The notes: generated from the sequence alone by a model not told the origin. A DNA stretch of 62,357 nt from Candidatus Saccharimonadia bacterium (GCA_041907025.1 JAYRIB010000062.1:1-62357), one strand, 5' to 3'; counted from the stretch's first letter, positions 43,054-52,351 are shown. Made by a program: numbers and translations.

Positions 43054-44003
43054 TGAATAAACGAACCATAATCCTTATTTGCGCCGCCATAGTGCTTCTT
43101 GCTAGTGTGCTTACGGTAATATCAATCCTATCTGCTCCAAAAAAAGCTGAAGTGATCGTGCCTTCTGGAGTAAGCGGGCTATATGGCGTAAGCGGTGGCA
43201 AGATATATTACCGAGTAGGCCGATCTCTGATTGCCAAACCAGTGAAGGGTAAGGGGCTAGAGACAATCACAAACCAGTTTAACACCGCCACAATTTCGCC
43301 TGACAGAACTGAATTATTCTACCGGACCATGGTTAATTATGTGATTGACGGATATAAACTCAACCTTGAAACACAAGACTCAAGTAAGTACATCGATATT
43401 ACGGATGGAATATGGTGCGGCCTGAATTTATTCACTATCTCTGAGCAAGGACCTTCTACCTATACCATCAAGGATGCAAAAGATAAGACATATTTCCAGA
43501 ATGTGCCAACAGAAGAAGTATATTGTCTAGATGGCGACCTCGTCTATAATGCCAGCAGTAGCCTCTCTGATTCTGAAGAAGATGGTACGCTTACTCTTAA
43601 ATACCTATCACAAACGAAGGGTAATGCCAAGATTCAAATTAGTTTACAAGAATCTCCGCTCCTACAGAATAATAAGGAACTAAGCTACTTAAACAGCTCA
43701 GGTAGCTTAATCTTAACTAATGCAACGAAGAATACTGTCTTGCCCTTGAGAGTGTCCAATGCAATTACTACGCAACACAGCTCAGGTGAGATGTATGTCA
43801 TAGACAGTCCAAGTAGTGAAGAAAATGGTGTAGATCTGTATCGGGTGGACTTACTGAGTAAGAACTTTGCCAAAGTGGCCTCATATGTGACGAACGCAAA
43901 TGTTGAGCAGAACATGTCGAATATCGACACAAATGTAGCCTTCGAGTACGAGAATTACCTCTACTTCATGGTTGGGAACTCAATTGTAAGGGTGGAACTA
44001 TGA
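43053..44003 (+). CDS. Membrane-anchored hypothetical protein (possibly beta-propeller-like)
   Basis: 316 aa with an N-terminal TM helix. Its start overlaps the upstream stop (TAATG) and its stop overlaps the next start (ATGA). Confidence 0.55.
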   Translation: MNKRTIILICAAIVLLASVLTVISILSAPKKAEVIVPSGVSGLYGVSGGKIYYRVGRSLIAKPVKGKGLETITNQFNTATISPDRTELFYRTMVNYVIDGYKLNLETQDSSKYIDITDGIWCGLNLFTISEQGPSTYTIKDAKDKTYFQNVPTEEVYCLDGDLVYNASSSLSDSEEDGTLTLKYLSQTKGNAKIQISLQESPLLQNNKELSYLNSSGSLILTNATKNTVLPLRVSNAITTQHSSGEMYVIDSPSSEENGVDLYRVDLLSKNFAKVASYVTNANVEQNMSNIDTNVAFEYENYLYFMVGNSIVRVEL

Positions 44004-45319
44004 AGTCTACATTGCAACGATTCATCATGGCAGTCTCGGCTATAACGCTGTGCTTTAGTAGTATTGGTGTGCCGGGTGCCGAAGCATTCACCCCTCAGCA
44101 ACGCAAAGAGATCGAGCTGAGGACGTTCTATGACGCTACTGACATTAACTTATGTACCCAGGCCGACTCGACTGCTGGGTCTGATTCAGCGGCTCAGCCT
44201 ACGGCTGGAGCACCTGATACAAGTGGTGGTGACAAGGGTAAGGTATATATGATCGGTGATTCCATTACCGAAGGCACCCAATCACAGCTTACAACGGCAC
44301 TGAAAGATAAAAAGTATAGCAATGTAGTGATTAATGGCAAATCGAGCCGTCGCCTTAGTGTAGGCAACACCACGCTCGACGGCGTAAGCGTATTCCAACG
44401 AGACAGAGCCCAATGGACTGACGCCTCGACTATCATCATCGAGCTAGGTACTAACGGTGGCGTGTCGGGAGCCAACATTAATAAGATTGTTGAACTCGCT
44501 AAAACCTCTAAAGCCAAGCTTTATTGGGTTAATATTGCAGTCGATAACTCCAAACGCAGTGGTGCCGACATCGACACCGGTCCGATTAATAAGCTACTGA
44601 GTGACGCTGCATCCAAGGGTGGCTTTACCATCATTGACTGGGCTAGTGCGGTCAGGAAAAACCCTGACTTCATTGATCCGAACCCAGCGACTGGCCTAGG
44701 AGTACACCCCTTTACCGCCACTGGTCGACCTGGTTTTGCCAATACAGTAGCGAGTGGCGTTAGTGGCGCGTTTGCGAGTATTGGAGACGCGGCAGCGGCA
44801 ACTGGTAGCTCGGCTGACTGTAATGCAGCCACCGTCGTGAGCAGTACGACTCTCAGCGGTAACACAAACGCGGAAGTAATATGGAACTTCCTGAGCTGTA
44901 AGGGACTGAGCGCTAATCAAGTAGCGGGTATTATGGGGAATATTCAGGCAGAGTCTGGTTTTAACCCTGGGATTGAAGAAAAGACACCGCGGACGAGTAA
45001 GGGTTATGGTATTGTGCAGTGGACGTTTGGACGCCGAACAAACCTAGAGAATTATGCTAAAACACGTGGTAAACCAGCCAGCGATCTAGGTGTACAGCTC
45101 GACTTCTTATGGATTGAGCTTAATACTGCTTACAAAACAAATACTCTCGATCCGATCAGGGCAACGACATCGGTTGAAGTGGCGACCGATATATTCCTGC
45201 GCAAATTTGAGCGCCCTGCTAATCCGGACCGGACTAAGCCTGTCCGACTTGGCTTCGCGCAGAGTATACTAAGACAAACATGGGCTAAAGACGGAGGGAC
45301 CGACTGTGCAGCAAAATAG
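44000..45319 (+). CDS. Secreted bifunctional cell-wall hydrolase: SGNH/GDSL hydrolase plus tail-lysozyme-like muramidase domain
   Basis: Signal peptide, then GDS block VYMIGDSITEG. The C-terminal IMGNIQAESGFNPGIEE...GYGIVQWTFGRR...FER is typical of the phage-tail-lysozyme family. Confidence 0.7.
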   Translation: MKSTLQRFIMAVSAITLCFSSIGVPGAEAFTPQQRKEIELRTFYDATDINLCTQADSTAGSDSAAQPTAGAPDTSGGDKGKVYMIGDSITEGTQSQLTTALKDKKYSNVVINGKSSRRLSVGNTTLDGVSVFQRDRAQWTDASTIIIELGTNGGVSGANINKIVELAKTSKAKLYWVNIAVDNSKRSGADIDTGPINKLLSDAASKGGFTIIDWASAVRKNPDFIDPNPATGLGVHPFTATGRPGFANTVASGVSGAFASIGDAAAATGSSADCNAATVVSSTTLSGNTNAEVIWNFLSCKGLSANQVAGIMGNIQAESGFNPGIEEKTPRTSKGYGIVQWTFGRRTNLENYAKTRGKPASDLGVQLDFLWIELNTAYKTNTLDPIRATTSVEVATDIFLRKFERPANPDRTKPVRLGFAQSILRQTWAKDGGTDCAAK

Positions 45320-45329
45320 CTTTTGGACA

Positions 45330-45977
45330 ATGAATAAAAAGAATCTACTAATTATTCTTGGTATCGTCGCAGTTTCGCTGCTCGGATTGGTAATCTATAC
45401 TGCCGCGTCGTTTCGTGTAACAAATATTGATCCTGGTCAGAACACCACTATTCAAAGTTTAACGAAGACGGTTGTGTTTAGCTTTAGTAAAGACCTCTCG
45501 GCCTTCGATAGGCAGACTCAAATAAAAGGCGGTGAGGGGATTATTGCTGGCAGCAAGGTAGATGGTAATAAGCTCTATGTGCAGCTTAAGTCTATGGAGG
45601 GCAATCAGTCCTATGAATTGGTTTTAGTTGGTGTAACGGCAACTGACGGCTCAACTATTAACGAAGTTAGCTATAAGTTTAAGTACCTCTTTGACCCACA
45701 AGCCAGTGCGGCTACCGAGAAGGGCAGTAAGGACCCGCTTGTAACCAACCTACCTGTTAGCACTGATCAATACTACATTAGCTATGAACTACTTGATGAG
45801 CCGACCGCCGATGGCAAGACTGAGAAGCTCATTATCGCCTTACTTCTAACGAACGAGGACTTAGCAGACCCTCAAAAGGTAGCGAGTTACAAGAAAGCCG
45901 CCCTCGACTTCTTAGACTCTAAAGGCATCGTCGCTAGTAGTTACGTGGTTGAGTTCTCGCCACCTGAAGTGGAATAG
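45330..45977 (+). CDS. Membrane-anchored Ig-like-domain hypothetical protein
   Basis: ATG at 45330 (MNKKNLLIILGIVAVSLLGLVIY). The beta-rich ectodomain begins FRVTNIDPGQNT. It is the last gene of the T4SS-like operon. Confidence 0.55.
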   Translation: MNKKNLLIILGIVAVSLLGLVIYTAASFRVTNIDPGQNTTIQSLTKTVVFSFSKDLSAFDRQTQIKGGEGIIAGSKVDGNKLYVQLKSMEGNQSYELVLVGVTATDGSTINEVSYKFKYLFDPQASAATEKGSKDPLVTNLPVSTDQYYISYELLDEPTADGKTEKLIIALLLTNEDLADPQKVASYKKAALDFLDSKGIVASSYVVEFSPPEVE

Positions 45978-45991
45978 GGCCAAACCGCGGC

Positions 45992-46267
45992 CTAACGAAC
46001 AGTGACACGTAGAAACTTCACAACCTCAGGCTTAATGCGCTCGTTAATAGCCTGACGCAAATCAGCTGAGCGTAGCCTAATCTCGCTTGCCGCTGAGCTG
46101 TCTTCGGTTGCTAGCCGGAGCGTGCCATTCTGAAAGCTGAGCACACGCACTTCAACCTTAATGTGTTCAAGAATCACTAGCTTAGCCTCAGTCATAACGT
46201 CATGCTTACCGCTATCGAGCTGGTCGACGCGGCGAGCTAACATATCACGGATGTTCTCGAGTGCCAT
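45992..46267 (-). CDS. DUF721/DciA-like small protein downstream of recF
   Basis: 91 aa. The position after recF and the pattern G.L.L.......A.E.R.....L...IN are typical of DUF721. Confidence 0.7.
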   Translation of the reverse strand: MALENIRDMLARRVDQLDSGKHDVMTEAKLVILEHIKVEVRVLSFQNGTLRLATEDSSAASEIRLRSADLRQAINERIKPEVVKFLRVTVR

Positions 46268-46271
46268 ATGG

Positions 46272-47333
46272 TTAGCTTAGCCCACTCAGGTCAATAATGT
46301 AACTGTTCTTCGGAATGTTCTTATCTAGTTCCGTAGTCGTAAGCAGAGTCTGTTGCGTAGCGATCAATTCCATCAGGTGCTTGCGGCGCTCAGCATCAAG
46401 TTCGCTAAAGACATCGTCAAGCAGCAAGATTGGCTTGAGCTTGAGTGATTCTTGCAGCAAACGCATCTCAGCAATCTTAAGCGCTAAGATGATCGTCCGT
46501 GTCTCACCACGTGAGGCGGTCGAAGTAATGTTGCCCGTCTTAAAGTCTAGACGCATGTCATCGCGGTGCGGGCCGCTCGTGGTAAAACCAGCGGCGGCGT
46601 CACGGCCGTGGTTACGAGTGAGTACATCAACGTAGCGCCCCGAACGTATATCCACACTCGGTTCATACACAAGTTCGAGTTGCGTCTGAGAGCCGGCAAT
46701 GTCACTATACACCTCGTGGATAATGGGCGAGAGGCGAGCAATAACGTCCTGGCGTTGCCTTGAGACCTCCTCGGCTGGCTGGCTAAGCTGCACATCCCAT
46801 ACAAACAGCTCGTCTTCGCTCACACGGCGCTGCTGGAGCTTCGCTTGGTGTAATAAGCTGTTGCGTTGCCTAAGTATGCGTTTAAAGGCCGCTAGGGCGA
46901 TCATATAGCCTGGTGAGAGTTGGCATAGCACCGTATCTATGTAGCGACGACGCTGATCGGGTGAACCGTCAAATAAGTTCATATCGTGCGGCTCAAACAG
47001 CGTCACGGGGTTTCGGCCCAAGAGCGAATGGAGACTCTGCTTCTTACCATTAAGCTTTAGCCGCTTGGCCTGACTACCACCCTGGTGAGACAGCGAGAGT
47101 TCGACTAGGTCTTTGTCGAACTGAGCCACGACCCGGAAGAATTCTTCCTCAGTGTTCACCAAATCAGCATCATGGGACCGAAATGACTTGGTTGTGGAGG
47201 CTACAAAGATCGATTCGAGCAGGTTGGTTTTACCCACAGCGTTAGGGCCGCTAATAACGGTTAGGTTGTCTTCAAAGTTGAGCTCAATCGATTTATATGA
47301 GCGGAAGTTAGTAAGCGAAAGCGAGCGAATCAT
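46272..47333 (-). CDS. recF: DNA replication and repair protein RecF
   Basis: 353 aa. Walker A GPNAVGKTNLLE, signature SRGETRT, Walker B ILLLDDVFSELD. Confidence 0.9.
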   Translation of the reverse strand: MIRSLSLTNFRSYKSIELNFEDNLTVISGPNAVGKTNLLESIFVASTTKSFRSHDADLVNTEEEFFRVVAQFDKDLVELSLSHQGGSQAKRLKLNGKKQSLHSLLGRNPVTLFEPHDMNLFDGSPDQRRRYIDTVLCQLSPGYMIALAAFKRILRQRNSLLHQAKLQQRRVSEDELFVWDVQLSQPAEEVSRQRQDVIARLSPIIHEVYSDIAGSQTQLELVYEPSVDIRSGRYVDVLTRNHGRDAAAGFTTSGPHRDDMRLDFKTGNITSTASRGETRTIILALKIAEMRLLQESLKLKPILLLDDVFSELDAERRKHLMELIATQQTLLTTTELDKNIPKNSYIIDLSGLS

Positions 47334-47336
47334 ACA

Positions 47337-48440
47337 TTAGCTGCGCAACGGCATGATGATATGTATGTAACTATCATCATCGGCTTTCTTAGCGACGGGC
47401 TTTATAAGACAAGGGTCTAACTTATCATTCACGGCAATCTCAACCTGTGGTGTTGCGATAACACCAAGGACATCAAGGAGATAGCGGGCGTTAATAGATA
47501 TGTCAGCTTCTGCGCCAACTAGCTTACTTTCAACCAACGAGCTGTTTTCGCCAACTTCTGAAGCTTTGGCGGATAGTTGAAGGCCCGTCGAGGTAAAGTC
47601 GAGCTTTATGGTGTGGGCACTTTCGCGGGCAAATAAGCTGGTCACCTTCACAACACTCATAAGTTCCGACTTCTCGAGTACCATCGAAGTTGTGGATTTA
47701 GTGGGGATAATCTGGTTATAATTTGGGAATTTTCCTTCAATCAGGCGCGATACCATACTAATATCACCAATTTCGAATTGAATCTCGGTCTTGCCGATCG
47801 AGATGGTTACGTCGTCGCTCGTATCACTCAAAATACGGTTGAGCTCATTAATCGTTTTAGCAGGCACAATCACACTTATGTCCTTTTCGGACTTCACGCT
47901 CAGCTTGGTTTCGGCCAGTCGATAACTATCAGTCGCAGCCAGTGTTAGGGTGCCAGACTCAACACTAAAGAGTACACCGGCCAGCACCGGGCGTGATTCG
48001 TCAGCCGAAGCGGCTACAACAACTTTGGCTAGGTTGCCCACGAGAATCTCGGCCGGTATCGTTACGACTGCGTCTGGCGCCACCTTTGGGGTAGTAGGAA
48101 ACTCACTAGCGGCAATGCCATTAAGTTGTGACTCGAAGTTCGTGGTCTTGACCTTTAGGTTGTCACCAGTGGCGATCAATTGTAGCTTATCGCTTGGTAG
48201 GCCAGCTACGAGTTCACTCAAGAGGCGAGCGGGAACACTGGTGGAACCTTCTTTTTCTACTTTACAGCCAATACTACAACTAATAGCGATTTCTAAGTTA
48301 GTAGCGCTGACAACTAAGCGAGATGACTCAGTCTTTAAGAGGACATTGGCAAGTACTGGTAGGCTAGTGCGTGAACCAACGACTCGACTAACGTTCCCTA
48401 ATGCCTTATGTAGGTTTTCTTGTACGACTGACAGTTTCAT
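47337..48440 (-). CDS. dnaN: DNA polymerase III beta sliding clamp
   Basis: 367 aa. N-terminal MKLSVVQENLHKAL..V.RVV......PVLANVLL and C-terminal MPLRS. Sits between dnaA and recF. Confidence 0.92.
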   Translation of the reverse strand: MKLSVVQENLHKALGNVSRVVGSRTSLPVLANVLLKTESSRLVVSATNLEIAISCSIGCKVEKEGSTSVPARLLSELVAGLPSDKLQLIATGDNLKVKTTNFESQLNGIAASEFPTTPKVAPDAVVTIPAEILVGNLAKVVVAASADESRPVLAGVLFSVESGTLTLAATDSYRLAETKLSVKSEKDISVIVPAKTINELNRILSDTSDDVTISIGKTEIQFEIGDISMVSRLIEGKFPNYNQIIPTKSTTSMVLEKSELMSVVKVTSLFARESAHTIKLDFTSTGLQLSAKASEVGENSSLVESKLVGAEADISINARYLLDVLGVIATPQVEIAVNDKLDPCLIKPVAKKADDDSYIHIIMPLRS

Positions 48441-48768
48441 TTCTCACCTCTATTGTTATTAGTATTATAAGTTTAAAAAGAAGATAGTAATAGTAGTAGG
48501 TCTTGTGGAAAGAGGGTATAAGCTTTTGATCTTACTTACACAGAAGCATAAATTGTAGCTCACACCTTGTGGTAAAGCAGTGTATAAGGGTTGTGAACAA
48601 AGTAAGTACTCAGCTACTTATACACCCTTGCTACATATATAGCCTCATGACGTGTGCAGAACCTGTGTATGAATTAGTAAGATATGAACAGTTCATAAAC
48701 AGCCTTTACACAGTTTATCCACTAGTTATACACACATTTTACACACAGCTGTGCATAACTCTTATTAC
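48441..48768. other. Candidate oriC: DnaA-box cluster plus AT-rich unwinding region in the dnaA-dnaN spacer
   Basis: Multiple TTATCCACA-like 9-mers occur on both strands: TTATCCACT (48714), TTATACACA (48725), TTATACACC (48618), TTTACACAG, TTTACACAC, TGTGGAAAG (48504) and TGTGGTAAA (48567). The AT-rich tract ATTGTTATTAGTATTATAAGTTTAAAAAG lies at about 48450-48480. Confidence 0.65.
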
Positions 48769-50154
48769 CTACGTGTTAAAGATCTTTTGTTTTAAGGTTT
48801 GTATTTCATGGCTAATAGGCTCACTTGAACCCACTAGCTTGTTTATTTTACGCACCCCGTGCATAACGGTGGTGTGATCTCGGCCACCCAGTGAGTGGGC
48901 GATCTGTGGGAAGCTCATACCAAGTTCACGCCGCATAATGTACATCGCCATTTGCCGTGGCACCACAATCTCTTTGTCTCGCTTCACCCCTGTTATGTCG
49001 GTAACCTTAATATCGTAAAAAGCTGCTGTGCGCTCGATGATCTGCTTGGGGGATAAGCTTTTGCTCGGTGGGGCTAATGAGCCCCCGAGCACAGTTTGGG
49101 CAACACTTAAGTCGAGCGATGCCCCGTGAGCCTGGCAGTAAGCAATGACACGCGTTAGACCACCTTCTAGTTCACGAATGTTACTTTGAATGGTTTCCGC
49201 TATGTAGGCTGCGACCTCGCTAGAGATCTCAAACTCCTTTTCGATCGCCTTGCTCTGAATGATCGCCACACGCGTTTCGTAGTCGGGTGGTTGAATGTCG
49301 GCGACCATTCCCCACTCAAAGCGACTCCTGAGCCTGTCTTCGAGCGTAGCAATAGCCTTAGGCGGCCGGTCACTACAGAGGACGATCTGCTTATTGGCCT
49401 GGTGGAGGGCATTAAAGGTGTGGAAGAACTCCTCCTGGGTCTTTTCTTTACCAGCTATAAACTGCAAGTCATCAACAAGTAGCACGTCTACACTTCTATA
49501 ACGATCACTAAAGTTCTCACCCTTACGAATAGCGTTTGTGAATTGGTTTAGAAAGTCCTCCGTCGTAATGTAGGTAATCTTGGCTTTGGGATTACTGGCT
49601 TCAATCGCGCTACTGATTGCCCACATCAGGTGGGTCTTACCAACTCCTGGCGGACCGTAGAGGAACAGGGGATTGTAGGCTACACCGGGCTTTTCACTGA
49701 CGAGCTTTGCGGCCGAGAAGGCTAGACGGTTACTTGAACCCACTACGAAATTCTCGAAGCCATAGCGTTGGCCTATACCAGAGCCTTGTAAGCTCAGCTG
49801 CGGCGCTTCAGGCTGCTTCTGTTGGACTGCTGGCTGTTTGGTTGGCGCCTTGGTCTCTGCCGGAGCTTTAGTAGGAGCTTCGATCGGTTGCTCTTCTAAG
49901 CTCGAGCCGATAATGTACTCGACCTTCTCAACGTCTGGAGCGAGCTTTTGCAGGGCTTCAATGATTTGTGAGTTATACACAGTAGCTAGTCGGTCACGCG
50001 CAAATATATGCGGTACTGAGACCGTTGCTAAGCTACCTTCAATACTCAAAAGTTGAGTATTTTTCACCCAGGTTTTAAAGTTAGCTTTACTCATACCGAC
50101 CTCGAGTTCACCGAGAACAGCCTGCCAAATTTTCTGACGTGTTAGTTGCATCAT
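48769..50154 (-). CDS. dnaA: Chromosomal replication initiator DnaA
   Basis: Walker A GPPGVGKTHL, Walker B LLVDDLQF, and the C-terminal DNA-binding domain (MYIMRELGMSFPQIAHSLGGRDHTTVMHG). Start at ATG 50154 or 50151 (the track starts at GTG 50163). Confidence 0.93.
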   Translation of the reverse strand: MMQLTRQKIWQAVLGELEVGMSKANFKTWVKNTQLLSIEGSLATVSVPHIFARDRLATVYNSQIIEALQKLAPDVEKVEYIIGSSLEEQPIEAPTKAPAETKAPTKQPAVQQKQPEAPQLSLQGSGIGQRYGFENFVVGSSNRLAFSAAKLVSEKPGVAYNPLFLYGPPGVGKTHLMWAISSAIEASNPKAKITYITTEDFLNQFTNAIRKGENFSDRYRSVDVLLVDDLQFIAGKEKTQEEFFHTFNALHQANKQIVLCSDRPPKAIATLEDRLRSRFEWGMVADIQPPDYETRVAIIQSKAIEKEFEISSEVAAYIAETIQSNIRELEGGLTRVIAYCQAHGASLDLSVAQTVLGGSLAPPSKSLSPKQIIERTAAFYDIKVTDITGVKRDKEIVVPRQMAMYIMRRELGMSFPQIAHSLGGRDHTTVMHGVRKINKLVGSSEPISHEIQTLKQKIFNT

Positions 50155-50163
50155 CACCCTCAC

Positions 50164-50310
50164 TCACTTGTTTCTATCATACCCGCTAGCAGAGTTTTCC
50201 ACAACTAGAAGAAATACCAAAAGTTATCCACTATATCTGACAAAAGGGTGGATAAGTCGCCTTAACAGCGATTGACTTTTAGCCGTAAAACGCGTAGAAT
50301 TGACAAGATT
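50164..50310. promoter_or_regulatory. Second DnaA-box cluster and the rpmH promoter
   Basis: TTTTCCACA (50195), TTATCCACT (50224) and an inverted GGTGGATAA (50248). rpmH promoter TTGACT-17-TAGAAT at 50272-50300. Confidence 0.55.
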
Positions 50311-50445
50311 ATGAAACGAACACACCAACCAAAGAAACGAAGACGACAACGCGTACACGGCTATATGTCACGTATGGCTACACGCGTTGGCCGGGCGGTT
50401 CTCAAGCGCCGACGCCTCAAGGGCCGTAAACGGGTAGCTATCTAA
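50311..50445 (+). CDS. rpmH: 50S ribosomal protein L34
   Basis: 44 aa, [44 protein letters not shown]. Too short for the ORF track. It sits in the canonical position upstream of rnpA. Confidence 0.9.
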   Translation: MKRTHQPKKRRRQRVHGYMSRMATRVGRAVLKRRRLKGRKRVAI

Positions 50446-50448
50446 GCT

Positions 50449-50796
50449 ATGATCGCCCGGGCCTATCGCTTGCGAGCGGCCGCCGACTTCAATAAGACCT
50501 ATAAACACGGCCGTAGTACAAATGCGGACGTGCTTTATGTTAAGACGTACCAAAGCCACCAGGCTCACTCGCGGGTAGCCGTAGTGGCCTCCAAGAAGGT
50601 TTCAAAACGCGCCGTCGTGCGTAATCGCTGCAAACGGCGGGTGGTAGAAATTATTCGTAAAGATTGGCAACACATTAAGCCAGGGTATAACTTCATCGTT
50701 ACAATCAAGCAAGACATTGCAGGTTTGCCGAGCGGGGAGTTAGAGGCGAGATTGCTCGATTGCCTTAAACGCGCTCAACTCTGGCAGGAGGGTTAA
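50449..50796 (+). CDS. rnpA: Ribonuclease P protein component
   Basis: 115 aa and basic. The RNR-type motif (VSKRAVVRNRCKRRV) is present, in the canonical rpmH-rnpA context. Confidence 0.88.
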   Translation: MIARAYRLRAAADFNKTYKHGRSTNADVLYVKTYQSHQAHSRVAVVASKKVSKRAVVRNRCKRRVVEIIRKDWQHIKPGYNFIVTIKQDIAGLPSGELEARLLDCLKRAQLWQEG

Positions 50797-50805
50797 GTAA
50801 GAGTA

Positions 50806-51084
50806 ATGATTAAGCGTACCGCGCTCAAGACCATCCGCCTCTACCAGAGAACGCTCTCACCCGATCACGGTTGGTTTAAGCACCGCCATCCATATGGCTA
50901 TTGCCGGTTTTACCCGAGCTGTAGCGAGTATAGCTATCGGGCCATCGATGAGCGTGGACTGGTGGTCGGGACTGGCTTAAGTCTCGTAAGAATAGTAAAA
51001 TGTAACCCATTGAGTACACCACGGGTCGACGAAAGTTATAAGAAGAAGACCAAGAACTCAACCAGAAAGGCAACCAACCACTAG
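50806..51084 (+). CDS. yidD: Membrane protein insertion efficiency factor YidD
   Basis: LYQRTLSP.....CRFYPSCSEYSYRAI is the YidD signature. Confidence 0.85.
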   Translation: MIKRTALKTIRLYQRTLSPDHGWFKHRHPYGYCRFYPSCSEYSYRAIDERGLVVGTGLSLVRIVKCNPLSTPRVDESYKKKTKNSTRKATNH

Positions 51085-51086
51085 AT

Positions 51087-51899
51087 ATGTTTAATACCCT
51101 GATTGTACACCCCCTGCTTAACCTCCTGATGGCTATCTATGGCCTCATTCCTGGTCATGACTTTGGCCTGAGCGTAATAATCCTTACATTACTACTGCGC
51201 TTTGCTATGTGGCCACTGACTGGCAAACAGCTAAAGTCACAAAAGAAGATGCAAGCGCTGCAGCCAGAAATCGCGAAACTCAAAGTTAAAGCGGCAGGGG
51301 ATAAGCAAAAGGAACAGCAGCTGCTCATGGAACTCTACAAGGAGAAGGAGATTAATCCTTTCTCTTCTTGCTTGCCACTGTTACTCCAATTCCCATTTCT
51401 AATTGCCCTCTTTTTTGTACTTAAAAAGGCGTCTTTGCCTTTCGATCAGATAAGCGGCCTTCTCTACCAGCCAGTCAAGAATATTCCATACATTAGCCAG
51501 CTTATTAGTGGTGCGATTGTTTATGACCCAATGCTCCTTAAAATAATTCCTATGGATACAGCCAGCAAGGTCCTGGCGGTTATAGCCGGTATTACGCAGT
51601 ACGTTCAAGTTAAGATGATCGCTCCTAAGAACGTTGACCCAACCGACCAGCAGGCTAAGATGACCTCGACCATGAACTACCTCTTCCCTGTCATGACCAC
51701 CTTCATTGCCTGGTCACTGCCAGCAGCTCTACCGCTCTACTGGATTACTGGTAATGGCGTGGCAATCTTCCAGCAATGGCTGATTATGCGCGAAGAAGTC
51801 GAGAAGATGGAAGAAGCGGTGATAGTCGAAGAAACTCCAGACAAGAAGACGCTGCCAAAACCTCGCAAGAAGACAAGCAAAAAGAAAAGGAAGAAGTAA
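51087..51899 (+). CDS. yidC: Membrane protein insertase YidC (short monoderm type)
   Basis: 270 aa. PL..KQ..S..KMQALQPE...LK.K...D.....QE.M.LYKE..INP and a C-terminal Lys-rich tail. Confidence 0.88.
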   Translation: MFNTLIVHPLLNLLMAIYGLIPGHDFGLSVIILTLLLRFAMWPLTGKQLKSQKKMQALQPEIAKLKVKAAGDKQKEQQLLMELYKEKEINPFSSCLPLLLQFPFLIALFFVLKKASLPFDQISGLLYQPVKNIPYISQLISGAIVYDPMLLKIIPMDTASKVLAVIAGITQYVQVKMIAPKNVDPTDQQAKMTSTMNYLFPVMTTFIAWSLPAALPLYWITGNGVAIFQQWLIMREEVEKMEEAVIVEETPDKKTLPKPRKKTSKKKRKK

Positions 51900-52343
51900 A
51901 TGAACACAGCTGGTGCACAAGCTCGATTGGAGGAGCTCTTGAGAAAGCTTGGCTTTGACGCCAGTGTCTCGGCTGAAGAAGTCGACGGCAAACTTGTGCT
52001 CAGTGTCGACTCAGCGCACCACGCATTATTGATAGGCAAGCGGGGTGAGACGCTACGTTCACTCCAACAAATCTTCAATGCCATGCAGCGTCAGGCTGGC
52101 GAAGACTTTGTTACTATCGACATTGCTGGCTACCGCAAAGAACGCGAAGCTAAGTTAGAAGCAATTGCCCACGAAGCCGCCGACCGAGCGCGGCTGACAA
52201 AAGCCAAGGTTCACCTTAAGCCCATGAACGCCTACGAACGGCGCCAAGTCCATATGGTCTTAGCAGACATGCCAGACATCGTAACAACCAGCGAGGGAGA
52301 AGAGCCACACCGAGTTATTATGGTACAGTTGCGCGAGGCATAA
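51900..52343 (+). CDS. jag: Jag/KhpB-type RNA-binding protein (KH plus R3H)
   Basis: 147 aa. LIGKRGETLRSLQ (KH GxxG) and YERRQVHMVL (R3H). Canonical position after yidC. Confidence 0.8.
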   Translation: MNTAGAQARLEELLRKLGFDASVSAEEVDGKLVLSVDSAHHALLIGKRGETLRSLQQIFNAMQRQAGEDFVTIDIAGYRKEREAKLEAIAHEAADRARLTKAKVHLKPMNAYERRQVHMVLADMPDIVTTSEGEEPHRVIMVQLREA

Positions 52344-52351
52344 GGAATAAT

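Noticed and set aside
48569-48877. A plus-strand 102-aa ORF in the dnaA-dnaN spacer.
   Set aside because: It lies in the AT-rich DnaA-box region and overlaps the dnaA 3' end antisense. Its translation is low-complexity and hydrophobic, and it has no RBS.
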